A stretch of DNA of 64,000 nt from Amoebophrya sp. A120 (Eukaryota; Protista; Dinoflagellata): assembly GCA_905178155.1 (NCBI GenBank), contig CAJINV010000008.1, forward strand, positions 1,488,001 to 1,552,000, written 5' to 3'. Every line of letters starts with the position of its first letter. Positions within the stretch are counted from its first letter, which is position 1. Below are positions 35,975 to 47,600 of the stretch, piece by piece. The notes under the pieces are model-generated. The model was not told the DNA's origin and ran no database searches. It saw nothing but the letters and a program-made list of their open reading frames with translations. A program made the translations under genes and the position numbers.

Positions 35975-36990
35975 ATGATGGCCTCCTGCAACGTCTTCGT
36001 GTTCGTGGTAGTACTGGCAGTACTCTCAAACCCCGGGTGGTTCCCGTGCTGCGTCAGCAAGCATCATTACCGTTGTCCCGTGCATTCGGCGCGGCGCCCA
36101 TCAGAAGTTATCCGCCCTTCTGCTCACTGCAGTACAGCCCAGCAGACGCAAAATTGAGCCACTTCATGCGCATCGTATCCATTGGCGTTTGATGTGTTTC
36201 GGTTTCCGAGACGAGAATATAGAATCCGAATGTCGAAATGCGTGCGCACCAATGATGAATATCCGTGCAGCCCTCTGCCAAGAGAAAAACAATGAAGCGA
36301 ACGCTACTTGTAAGTACTTTTACAAAAGATAAAAAAATAAGATGAGTTGGGAAAAAAAACGACATCAAAATAACGAAAAAAAGGATCATGATTCAACGTT
36401 TCTTTGACTATCGTTTCTTGTTCAGCTGTAGCTGTTTTCAGGTCCTCGCTCTATCACAGAAATGTCGACTTCGTAAGATTCGTAAAACATGGGAGTGATG
36501 GAGTAGTCGCGACGGGCAGAGCTATTCTGATGAATAACGAAAAACACGGAGCGGCTTGGTGAGAGGTTGGAGCGTAAAATAAATGTTGCAGACGCTAAAT
36601 CTGTACGTGCTTCTGCTTGTGTAGTGTTGTCTCAATACCAGGAACGGGGAAGAATTGTGACGAGAGACGAGTGGTGATGGCCGCCTGCAAGAACCTTGTC
36701 GCGTTCGTGCCACTGATAGTACTCTCAAACCATAGGTGGTCCCCGTTCTACGTCTGCCAGCAGTCCCATGCATTTGGTGCGCCCATCAATTCTCAGTGGT
36801 TTTCCGCGCTTCTGCAGTACAGCCTACGAGACGCAAAATTGAACCACTTTATGCGCGTCGTATAATTGGTGTTTGACTTTATTGTGTTTCCGATGGTATA
36901 GAACACTCCGAATACAAAAAATGCGTGCGCAATGATAAATATTTATCCGTGCCCCCTGCTGGAGAAAAACAATGATGAAGCGCGTACAAA
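35975..36990. repeat. Degenerate dispersed repeat: ~35975-36310 resembles ~36670-36990; ~36420-36640 resembles ~53515-53705
   Basis: Shared blocks GTACTCTCAAACC, CTGCAGTACAGCC..GACGCAAAATTGA, CAGAAATGTCGACTTCG, GAGCTATTCTGATGAATAACGA. Confidence 0.7.
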
Positions 36991-37081
36991 AAGTAGAGAA
37001 CGAAGCGGAATTGTGATTTCTTAGAACAGGATCTCATGAAAACTGCCTAGAAAAATGTTCATGTTTCGATAACAACGAAAG

Positions 37082-38966
37082 ATGCGGGGGAACAACACCG
37101 GGAACAATTTTCCCGGCCTGGCAGTGGTAACACAGCTGCTGCTCTGTTTCTTACTTCACCTGCGTTCTCCTTTCGAAGGGCTGGCGGCAGCGGTGGAGCG
37201 TCTTGAAGACCATCGTCATCAGCAACTACACGGTGGACATCACTTGCATCAAACATCCACACTAGAAATCGTGGCCGACGCCGGTGTAGAAACGACAACG
37301 ACGAGCGACGCCTCCTCTTCAAAACAAACGCCTGGACCACAGCCTGGAAAGAGCAGTACGGTACCTGCTTCCAAGACGTCACACAGACACAAGAAGACGA
37401 CGAAGAAAACCATCAGCAAAAAGCAGGCCGCGGTCGTACCACGGGTCGATGCGGCCGCTTCTACGCCAGGACATGATCATGAGGAAGAACACGACGAGGG
37501 AACTACATCGCACCATCAAAACATCGGAGGACAGCAGCTGGCCAGCGACGACGGGCGACACAGTAAGAACAACGAATTTTTCGGTGATGTTAAACAATCA
37601 CGACAAGTCGAACCAACACTGCACCGCCATCAGCTGGCCGGCGCGAAGGGGACCCGTCGTCAGCACGAGCAAGAACATGCTGTCGTCCAGAGTGCGCCGA
37701 CGACCATGCGGCGAGAGAACAAACTTAATAGCGAAAGCAAAACTCCTGCTGCGGATGAAGAATTACTAGAAATTTCCACCCGCCCAGTACATCATCTTCA
37801 GGGTCGTGGCAAAGATGATGAAAAGCAGGCTCTCCACCAAGCCGAGATGATCATGATCCCCCGCCTGCAGAAGAACAGCACGGCTGCGAAGGAGAAACCC
37901 GCCGGTCTTGAAGGTGTGCAAGATGCGCTGCACCAGCACTCCAGCCGTACGGTGAAGCGGGCACAACAGTTGATGACGACCGAGCGGAACCGCGTGACGT
38001 TTGTCCAGCGAGCGGAGCAGGCTCTCCACCAAGCTGAGGCCCCCCTCCTGCAGAAGAACAGCACCGCTGCGAAGGAGAAACCCGCCGCCGGTCTTCTTGA
38101 AGGTGTACAAGATGCGCGGCTGCACGCTCCCCACTCCAGTCGTACGGCCAAGCGGGCACCAAATTTGATGGCGAGCGAGCGGAACCGCCTGACGTTGGTC
38201 CAGCGGGCGGGCCAGGCCCTCAACGAGAACGGCGAGAGCAAAGCCAAGCATAAGCAAGGCGCGTCTGCAGACGAGGTGGACATCACGCCCACGGACGCGC
38301 CGGGCAGCGTCACGGCATCGAGCTATTTTGGAAATCCCGACGACGGAGGGCTTTGGTACAGCCCGGGACTGTTTATTGATAACACACTGAGCAACAATTT
38401 TGCCACGGCCAGCGATGCGAACAACCGCGGAACCGCGCAGGTGTGTCCGTGGGTGCAGATCGATTTGGGTAAGGCAATGGCCGTGTCGGAGGTCCGATAC
38501 ACATTCAAAACAAGCGACATTACTACAATCCGCAGAAATTTTTTCGAGACGGTGTCCTGGCATGTTGCTGCTATCCAGTACGAAGGTGGTAAGGACAGGG
38601 CAACCGGCTCTGCGGACAAAGGGTTCCGGGTAGCGGTTTCGTCTAGAGAACGCGTGAACACCGACACCTGCGAGGTCCAAAACACCCCAAACTGGCAAGA
38701 CGGGTGGTGCAAGGGTAAGGCCGCCGGAGAGGAGTGTCCGACCACGGCGGAGGAGACCTGCGAGCTCGTCCAGTACGGCGCCGGAGGAGAGGGACTCGCC
38801 CGCTTCACCCAGGAGGATGACCACCCCGAGTTTGGCACGGCTACCATCAATTGTAACGGCAAGGTCGGCCAGTACGTGATCCTCGAGTGGCCCGGGGGGA
38901 TTGCTGATGGTGTGTCGAAGAAACGATGTGGGCAGGTCAGCGAACTGAGGGTATTCCGTGCCGAGT
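37082..38966 (+). CDS. Secreted protein with internal ~63-aa duplication and C-terminal F5/8 type C / F-type-lectin-like domain; interrupted by a Copia insertion (current ORF runs into the LTR and stops at 39022)
   Basis: N-terminal hydrophobic signal; PWVQIDLG, GFRVAVS, CNGKVGQYVIL, VSELRVF motifs of the discoidin/fucolectin fold. Confidence 0.75.
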
Positions 38967-39319
38967 TGCCAGCGTATGCTAATGTTCCAACGATAAAATG
39001 CTCAACACTCGCTCCAGAATGATAAAATCTCAATGCTATAAAGATCTCAACACAACAACAAAACAAGAACACAAAGAGAGAAATAGCATTACAAATCCAA
39101 GCATGAAATCGTAAACAGCATTACAAATTCTATGAAGATGCTGACGAATGGAATTCCCATGGACCCAATGCACTCCACAGGCCTTGAGTCATACAATTTG
39201 CATGCCAAACTACTAATTTCCAATTGTAAGAAGAACATAAATACTCTGCTACATTTGCATTACATTCTGGTGGTATTTAGTGTTCAGCATTCGTTTGCTT
39301 TGGTTCGGGATTAACCACA
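38967..39319 (+). repeat. 5' LTR (TG...CA)
   Basis: Colinear with 49325-49677; 16 mismatches counted by eye. Confidence 0.95.
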
Positions 39320-39321
39320 GA

Positions 39322-39333
39322 GTTATGAGCCCA
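39322..39333 (+). promoter_or_regulatory. Primer binding site GTTATGAGCCCA, complementary to the anticodon arm of initiator tRNA-Met (half-tRNA priming as in Drosophila copia)
   Basis: Lies 2 nt after the 5' LTR; resembles the copia-type PBS GGTTATGGGCCCA. Confidence 0.8.
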
Positions 39334-40441
39334 AACCGTTTCCACTAGCGAAAAATAATTTTTTAAGCGCAAGGCATTTTTTATCTATTTGCTTAGCACG
39401 TCGTAAGTAACTTAGCAAAAAAACGTGGAATATTTGTAAGGATTTTAAACTATAGCGAGCAAATCTCTGATGCATATTAACGACGTTTATTTTTTTAGCT
39501 CGGAACTTCAGCGTGAGTACGTCAATTTCAACACATTTGCACCAAAACTTCTGCAATAAACGACAAACCCGCATTACAAAAGGCAACTTTTCCCATATAT
39601 TTTTGCTGGAGCTGTGTCGTAGACTTTTAAACTTCCAGACACCAAAACCTGCATTATAGACGAAATGTTTTTTTTTGCATACAACTTATTACTTCCTGGC
39701 TTTCGCTCCGGATAACATTTTTTTTTGCACAAACACGATCGTACTACGAACACGAAGCATTTAGATGCATAGAGGCCAACTGTCCACATATCAACCGAGA
39801 AAAGAACTGCACTTATCTCAAATTACACATGTACATTGCTACCGACATAAATACTTTTCAAATTACCTGCACGCGCACGACCTAAGTCTTTCCATGCAAT
39901 TTTTTTTTTGCAGCCGATCGCTGTTACTTGGCATTTTAATTTTAAAAAATAATTACCATATCTTGACGCGGGAAAACAGCTCTTATTTTTATTTTTTTTT
40001 ACTTGAACCGCCGCAAGACAACGGCGGCAGGGTTTAGAATTTTTTTCAGCTTTGGCGACCGTTTACGCTTAAAAATTGTCGATTTCTGTCTTCACGTCGA
40101 GCATTTTGAACGAGAAAAAGCTACAAGAACTACGAAAAATCTGTCCTTGCCGTTTACGCTTAAAAACTAGCGACGCTAGTTCCTTTCTAGCTGAGACGCG
40201 CCTAGCAGCCAGAAAACGGGCGCACACACTACCAAACCCCTCCGACTGGCCTATTGCCGAGATATCCAGTTTTACGCGCTGAAAAAGCTACATTCTTTTT
40301 TTGTCTTTCCTATCGCATTCACACGACGGGACTTTTTTTTTTTTGAAAAATCATTTTCGTTTCTTCGCTCTCGCGCAACACAGAAATAATTATCGCGTCT
40401 TCGCCCTCGCGCAATACACATTCAAACTCTATTGGCCAAAA

Positions 40442-41626
40442 ATGCTCGCGCATTGCTTGACCGCAAAAACATCATCCCCGGCGGGTTGGTCCAACGATCC
40501 CGGCGCGCCTACACCCCTGGCCAATCCGGATGACAATCCGGATGATGAGCAGTGCGAGTATTCCTGGGAACGTACAGCCGCGGGAGAAGAAGCAGAGCGG
40601 CGCCGGCAGGTCGCGGAACAAGACCGCCAAGAATTAGCGCGACAAGCGGCCAGAGAAGAGCACGAGCAGAAGCAGCAGCGTGAAGCCGCTGCAGCAGAGC
40701 GCGCGCGAGCAGCAGCGGCAGAAAAACAGAGAAAGGAGAAACAGCAACGCGACGCCGCTGAGTTGCGTGAACACCTGGAACACCAGGCCCGGGAAGAAGC
40801 GAGGAGGACCCGGGAAAGAGAGGAAGCAGAGCAACAAGAGGCAGAGAGGAAGGCAGCGGAGGCAGAAGCAAGGCGTGCGGCGGAACAGCAGCGGCAGAAA
40901 CAAAAACAAGAAGAAGAAAAACGAAAAATGGAGGAAATAGCCGCGAGGATGGACCAACAATTTTCGTTCGAAGAACATCGGTTAAAGTATATCCTGGGCG
41001 CGGACGGGAATTATAAAATAAATCCTGACCACACGGAGTCCGGTGCTGACGCCACGACAGCAGCAGCACCCGCGGGCACCACAGCACTGGCAACCGGCGT
41101 CAGCACAACACCACCGGGAACAGTTGCAAAAGCAGTACCAGCAGCAACAACTTCGACTCTAACCGCCCCAGCAGCAACAACTTCGACGATTACTGCACCA
41201 GCAGCAACAACTTCAACTACTGCTGCACCAGCAGCAGCAATTGCAACTACATACGTAACCACTGCGACTGCTCCTGATACGCAGCAACAGCAGCAGTTGC
41301 AACCGCAACAGGTTTCGGAGCAGAAAAATAGTCTATCGCTGGTGGACCCGGAACAGCCGATAACTGAAGCTCAACCTGTCCAGCACTCCTTCGCTCTTGG
41401 GTCCGACGGAAAGTGCTACCGCATCGACTTCGGGACAAGAACAGCAGCAGCAGTGCCACAGGCGCCGAATTCGATGCTGCAACAGCGGCGAAATTTATTT
41501 TCCACCCCCCAGCACCAGGCTCAAGATCATCGGGGAACTTTGGAGCATGGTGCTAGTATCGGTGAATGCAAGTTTGATGCTGGGGAACAAAAGTCTGACG
41601 CTGATTCCAGATGGCGACGCAAGTAG
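40442..41626 (+). CDS. Retrotransposon ORF1 (coiled-coil plus Ala/Thr repeats; probable gag N-terminal part)
   Basis: Open frame from ATG 40442 inside the element, overlapping the polyprotein start by 16 nt. Confidence 0.6.
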   Translation: MLAHCLTAKTSSPAGWSNDPGAPTPLANPDDNPDDEQCEYSWERTAAGEEAERRRQVAEQDRQELARQAAREEHEQKQQREAAAAERARAAAAEKQRKEKQQRDAAELREHLEHQAREEARRTREREEAEQQEAERKAAEAEARRAAEQQRQKQKQEEEKRKMEEIAARMDQQFSFEEHRLKYILGADGNYKINPDHTESGADATTAAAPAGTTALATGVSTTPPGTVAKAVPAATTSTLTAPAATTSTITAPAATTSTTAAPAAAIATTYVTTATAPDTQQQQQLQPQQVSEQKNSLSLVDPEQPITEAQPVQHSFALGSDGKCYRIDFGTRTAAAVPQAPNSMLQQRRNLFSTPQHQAQDHRGTLEHGASIGECKFDAGEQKSDADSRWRRK

Positions 41627-44600
41627 ATAGTTTCCAGGTCGGGCACGATTTAACTCAAGCGCAGAATCCGGGTGGATGCATGCATTTTTTTTTTTACCAG
41701 CAAAATAGTCCGGGGAAGCACCAGCCTACCGATGCGGGACAGCACCAACAGGGAGCCGGAGATGGCAAGAAAAACTCGCACTCCGGCGGGAAAGAAAAAG
41801 ACGACGGCGACAGAAATCGCAAAAATGCTCGGGGGAATAAGAAAAAGAAAAATAGTAAAAAGGGAAAAGAAAAGGACGGGCCGCCGTCCGATGATGACAG
41901 CTCTAGCAGCAGCAGCAGTAGCTCGCATAGTATTTCTAGTTCGAGCGAAGATGATGATGAGTCGAGCAGCAGCAGCAGCAGCAGTTCGAGTAGCAGCAGC
42001 AGCAGCTCGCAGGCTGACAAAAAGAAGAAGAAGAAGAAGAAAAATGACAAGAAAAAGGCTAGGAAAAACAAAAATGATAAGAAAACGAAGAAAGAGAAGA
42101 AGAAGCACAAGAAAGACAAAAAGAAAAATCAAGGCAAAACTTCCAACATCCAAGCTTGGCGCGAAGGACAGCCCGAACCTTTTTCGACGTGGATGCATCG
42201 ACAACGGCGAAAGGCTTCGTTTTATTCGCTGTTGAGGCATCTCGATGATCGCATCCAGTCAGCAGTAGTGAAAGCGCGACTTTGTACTCTGAGAGACACC
42301 GCAATGAAAGACGGAAAGTTGCGGGGTTCTGCACAAAAATTCAAGAGTATTCGAGCTCAGTGCGTGGGCCTTTACGAGGGTAAGGAAAGTGCCGCAGCAC
42401 TTTTACGGGCGGCGCCACAAATACAAAAGAAGTCGGAAAATAGTACAACTTTTCTGCAGAAGTTCGAGCGACGCGCCTCCCAATTAAAATTGACGGGCAC
42501 GGAACAAGTTCGAATCCTCAAAGAGATATGTAATAGCGATTTCCTGAGTGTTATCGTGGCGAGAAGGGCTGCGGAGCCTGCGGATTTAGCCAGTGCCGCT
42601 GCAGATGCGGACTTACTTTTAAAAAAGAAAGATGAAGAGTCTTCCGATGACAGCGACAACGGAGAAAGCCGGAAAAAGAAAAAGAAAAACGACAAGCGTG
42701 CCAGTTACTTTGCCGGCGACAAAGATGGCAAAGGAAAAGGCAAATACGGAAAGGACGGAAAAGGTGGAAAGTATAGCTATAATTTCAGCACCACGCCGTA
42801 CCCAGCGAAGAACTGGAACAACGAAGCAGGGAAGAACAGGCACCAGGAAAATGGCCATTGGAATTCTTGGCAGCAGCACAATGGTCATTGGAATTCTTGG
42901 CAGCCGCACAATGGTCATTGGAATTCTTGGCAGCAGCCGCGAAAAGACAAGGACAAAGGCAAAGGAAAGCACGAAAAAGGAAAAACGTACTATGGCAATG
43001 ACGAGAAGGAGAAGGCGCACTACGGCGATGGCGAGAAGAAAGACAAAGCGAAGAAACGCAAAAAGTCTTCGTCCTCGGAACAGACTTTCCTTTTGACAGA
43101 AATCGAACAGGCTTTCTTCGCGAACGAGGAACAAGAAGAGGACGGCGTAGTGACGGTAAGTCTTTTACTCGATAGTGGAACCACGGCCCACATCGCAGCG
43201 GAAGAAAAATTCCTGAAGAATACCGAGGAAATTTATCGACCATTTCGCGCAGTCGGTGCCCCAGCAATAGCGACAAAGATTGGAACTTTATGCGGTAGAA
43301 TCGGCGAAAAGCGATGCAAAATCCGCAATGTCAATTTTCTCAAGGGTGCCAATGTGTCGATTTTGTCAGTAGGGGCACTAGTAGCTGCAGGCGGAGACAT
43401 AAACTTCAAGAGAAAATATTTGGAATTTTCTGATGGAGAGCGTACGCCCATCCTGCAGAGAAAGAATCTCTTCTACGTAAAGACGAGAATCAACGCCAAA
43501 GGGTCGCAGGATGAAGACTACTACGAGCAGGATGCCGACTACTATGCGGCTTGTGAGAGTGAGGATTGGCTGAGGTCGACTACTATGGGCCCGGCTATCT
43601 TCGCTGCAAAAGAGTATCTCAGCGCTGCTAAACTCGCTGGGCAGCTCTATAGCCATAAGCAGGAAGGAGAAAAACGAAAAAGAAAGAGAGAAAGAGAGAA
43701 GAAAACGAAAAACAAAATCGCGAAACACGACCTGACTACTCCTACTCCGGTGGGCCTTGCGTCTAGGTCCACCCCGTCCGTAAAACTCCCCAAAGAAATG
43801 CAGAACTTCTATGAGGATTTGTCTGAAGCTTTAGATCCTGCATCTTGTCTTGCTACTGATAACAGGCCTGATCTAGTTAGCAACGAGGTAACTTATTACA
43901 ACGGTGAATCGCTACGAAAAGTCCTGTCTTCGAGGCCGAAGCACTTGCGAGCACTTGTCGAAAATTCTCCACCACTAGTCCTCCTGGGTGAAACTAGGAC
44001 GACGAAGAAAGTGGAAAAACAGGGGAAGGAGAAAGTTTTGCATGAAATAGGCTTGAGATATGAAGTATATTTTTACAGTACTGCGAAAGCCAGAGCAGGC
44101 ATGGCGGCACTTGTCCTGCGCGATGCGTGGTGTGAAAAGAGTTCGATTTCTTGTGCCCCGCACCTGCCTGAAGGTCGAGGAATAGTTTTACGAATGCCGC
44201 GACTGACTACAATGAAAATCCTTGGGGTGTATGCGCAAAATAGAGCTAAAGACGCGCATGAGTGGGATGCTTCTTTCCGCAAATGCTTCCAGTCTTTGGG
44301 GCAAGAAATTTTGGTTGTTGAAGATGTAAACTATGTCTTGGGGGAAAAAGATTTTGATTCTGTTTTAGCAGGCCTACCGGGCACGCGCGATGCGGACCGG
44401 GCAGAGTGCTCTGCTGTTTTGAAAGAGTTTAAACTTGTTGATCGCTATCGCGATTTGAATCCTGAGGGGGTGCAGTACACCTGCACAACTTGGGGGCTTC
44501 CAGAGTTTGAAAATAAAAATGGAAAAGGCCTACGAATCGACGTTGCTTGGGTGAGCGAATCGCACAAGCAGGAGATCGAGGATGTAAAAACTATACCTGA

Positions 44601-47600
44601 AATCCAGCGAGGGTGTGGCGATCACTTTCCTCTGCGTGTGATTTTTCAGGGATCCAAAATTCCACAAAAACAGGAAAAATTTGCAGAAAAACTTCCGCCC
44701 GCTGAGAAAATGACGGCGGAAAAAGTTGCTGAGCTAGCACATGGCGCGGGGTATCCAAATTTTCAGACAGTTTGGGAAGTCGTGCGCAAGCATGATCCAC
44801 GCCAAGCAGCCAAGGCTTTGGTGGTTGAATACTGCAAAACGCAGTTGAACCGCTTGACCCACCTCCCGTTCCACCACAACAAAAAAGGGGGGATCAAAGT
44901 TGAAACTATTGAGGAATGGTGTGCCTTGGACACGTTCTATCTTGAAAGTAAACAACTCACAGTGCTACACTGCATGAATTTGCTTTCCAAGTATTCAGTT
45001 GCGAAAGTTTTGAAAAAGGCAGCGCCAACAGCTGAAGACACTGTAAATCTTTTACGCCTTTGCCGTGAGCGAGGTGTTTTGGGAAAGAATCTCATGTGTG
45101 ATTTAGGAAGGGAATTTTACAACCTTGCAGTGGTTGAACAAAGTGAGCTCTATGGTTGCAAGATGCATTTCGCACCAGTGGCAGCGCACTGGTGTAATCC
45201 CATCGAGCGACGCCACTTGACAAGCAAAATGCTTATTGCCAAACTTCGCTTCATTTATGGGCCGAATGTTATGCAAAAGTTAGTTGGGGAAGCTGTAGCT
45301 GCGATAAATGAGCGACCAACAAAAGTTTTAGTGGGATTGTCTCCCTACCAGTTTCAGTACGCAAAAAGCCCGCCTCTGTACGAATCTGCGGAGGACCGCG
45401 AGGGTCCAGCTTTGCCGAGATACAGAGATGGCTCGACAGCGTCAGAAGCTTACAAATTTCGAATGCTAGTTCGTTCACAGCATGAAACACTTCAGCGCGA
45501 GAAAAATTACGTTGCGGAACTTGAGAAAATTCATGAGACTTTACGCAAATTTTTCCATGAAGCTGCAGCAGTTAAGATGGGAGATTTTGCTGAAATTTGG
45601 TGTGATGTCACTAAAGGTTGGGTAGGACCTGTGAAGGTGATTTACATCGAACACCACGTGACAAGCAAAACGCACGTGGTCGATAGGAACGGTTTCTATT
45701 CTAAAATCCATCCCGCACACATCAGAAAGCGCACTACGCTTGACCAGATGACCTTTCCACCTAGTATTCTTCGCATTGCAAAGCGAACGCACAAAATCCA
45801 ACAAGATGAGAGTGACCCTAGCGCGGTGCTATCGGATCACTATCGCCTTGAAAAATTTGAACAGCAAAAACCAGAAGCCAAAGAAGAACTGCCACGATAC
45901 CGACAGCGATTGAATATGCCACAAAATCCAAAGCCTGACTTATCGGGAAGCTCCCCGAAAAAGCCTCAGGTAGAGAAAGAAAATTTTGAAGTTGAATTTT
46001 TGGAAAATGAGAAAAATGGAAATGAGAAAAATAAGGAAAATGGAAAAGCGAAAGAGGCTGGCCAACCACCCATCCAAACCCTTGGGGCCTCTGGCCTACC
46101 GAGATCGGATTCGCTCAAGGTAAGGGATGAGAAGGACAGCAAAAAGGAAAAAGAAAATCGCACGGGGACTGCAGCCCTGGACGCGAAACAGAAAAAGAAG
46201 AAAGACGACAGCAAGCTAGTTGCCGAAGCTACTACTGTCGCGGATGTGAAAGAATTTGATGAGTTTGCATCTCGCACGGTCGACGTCGAAGAAAGTCGAA
46301 CAAGCGACGACGCCACCACTCCTCTCCTCGAGGATCAGATGGAGCGTGTCAATATTTCCAACAAAGGACTTAGAGTCACGAAAAACTACACCAGTGAGCT
46401 TTGTCGTGAAATGAAAGAAGACTGTCCAGAAATTTTACAACAATTGCCTGGCTCCCCAGGAACGAAAATTCCATATGGGAAGCGAAAGGAAGCAATCAAG
46501 GAACTAACGCAGGCACTTTTGAGAAAGCAAATCAAAGCACACCAGAGGACCACTGGCAACAGAGTGGGTACGCGGTTGAGATCGTTGAAAGAGCAGCAAA
46601 CTGAAAAAGTGGCAAGCGCTTTGCGCGACCAATACAAGGACGACAAATCGTTTCAGATCGTGGACTTCTGTGCATTTGTGGCAAATTTGATTTTTGAGCA
46701 CGACACTGAGAGTGAAGATTTTTGCTTCAATCTTACTCCGGAACAGCAAAAAGACCCAAAAATGGCGGAAGCTATCGCGAAAGAATTGAAAGCACGCACA
46801 GGAGTTTTTGTACAGGCTACGGACCAAGAAATTTCTGAGTACCAGAAAGCCAAAAAGAAGCTTACTCCGTGCAAATTGATTCTGAGCGTGAAAAGATGTG
46901 GAAGGTTTAAAGCGCGTTTGGTTTGCTTAGGGTTTTTAGCACCCGACAACGGGATCACGCGCTATGCGGGGGCTACCGATATGCAAATCATTAGGATGCT
47001 TTTGGCTTTGCTTGCCAATGTGCCAACTGTTGAATTATTTTCAGCAGATGCAACTTCAGCATTTTTGCAGGCTGAGTATCCACTTTTGGATGGTGATCAG
47101 ATGCCTTTGATCCAGTTGGATTCTCGCTTATCGAATCTTTTGGGGTATCAAGTGGGTAAAATTCAAAAGTGCATGAATGGACTGCGACACTCAAGTATAG
47201 GATGGGCACTACACAGGAAGAAAATTTTGCTGGAAAAAGGTTGGAAGCCGTTCTACAACGACCGAGCAGCTTTTCACAAAGCTGGCGTTTGTCTGGCAGT
47301 TTTTGTCGACAACTTCTTTTGCTGGGGTGATTCGGAAACAATTCAAAAACTATACTTAGAATTGAAAGAAGAATTGCAGCTGGTTGAAGAACCACCAGAG
47401 GAAAATGAGTTGACCCAGACTTGGGACGTTTTGGGCATTGCAGCCATTCGCAGCAAGGTAGATGGTTCCGCTACCTTGTCTGGCGGTGCCTATGTTACAA
47501 AATTGCTTGAAAAATTTGGAGGAGAAGATGGAAAAGAGTACAGTACGCCAATACAAACTGCTCCAGATCCACTGGAAGAGCCTGATCAAACTCTTTACGG

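Noticed and set aside
39132-39314. 60-aa ORF duplicated at 49490-49672
   Set aside because: It lies within the LTRs; the duplication is explained by the LTR pair.
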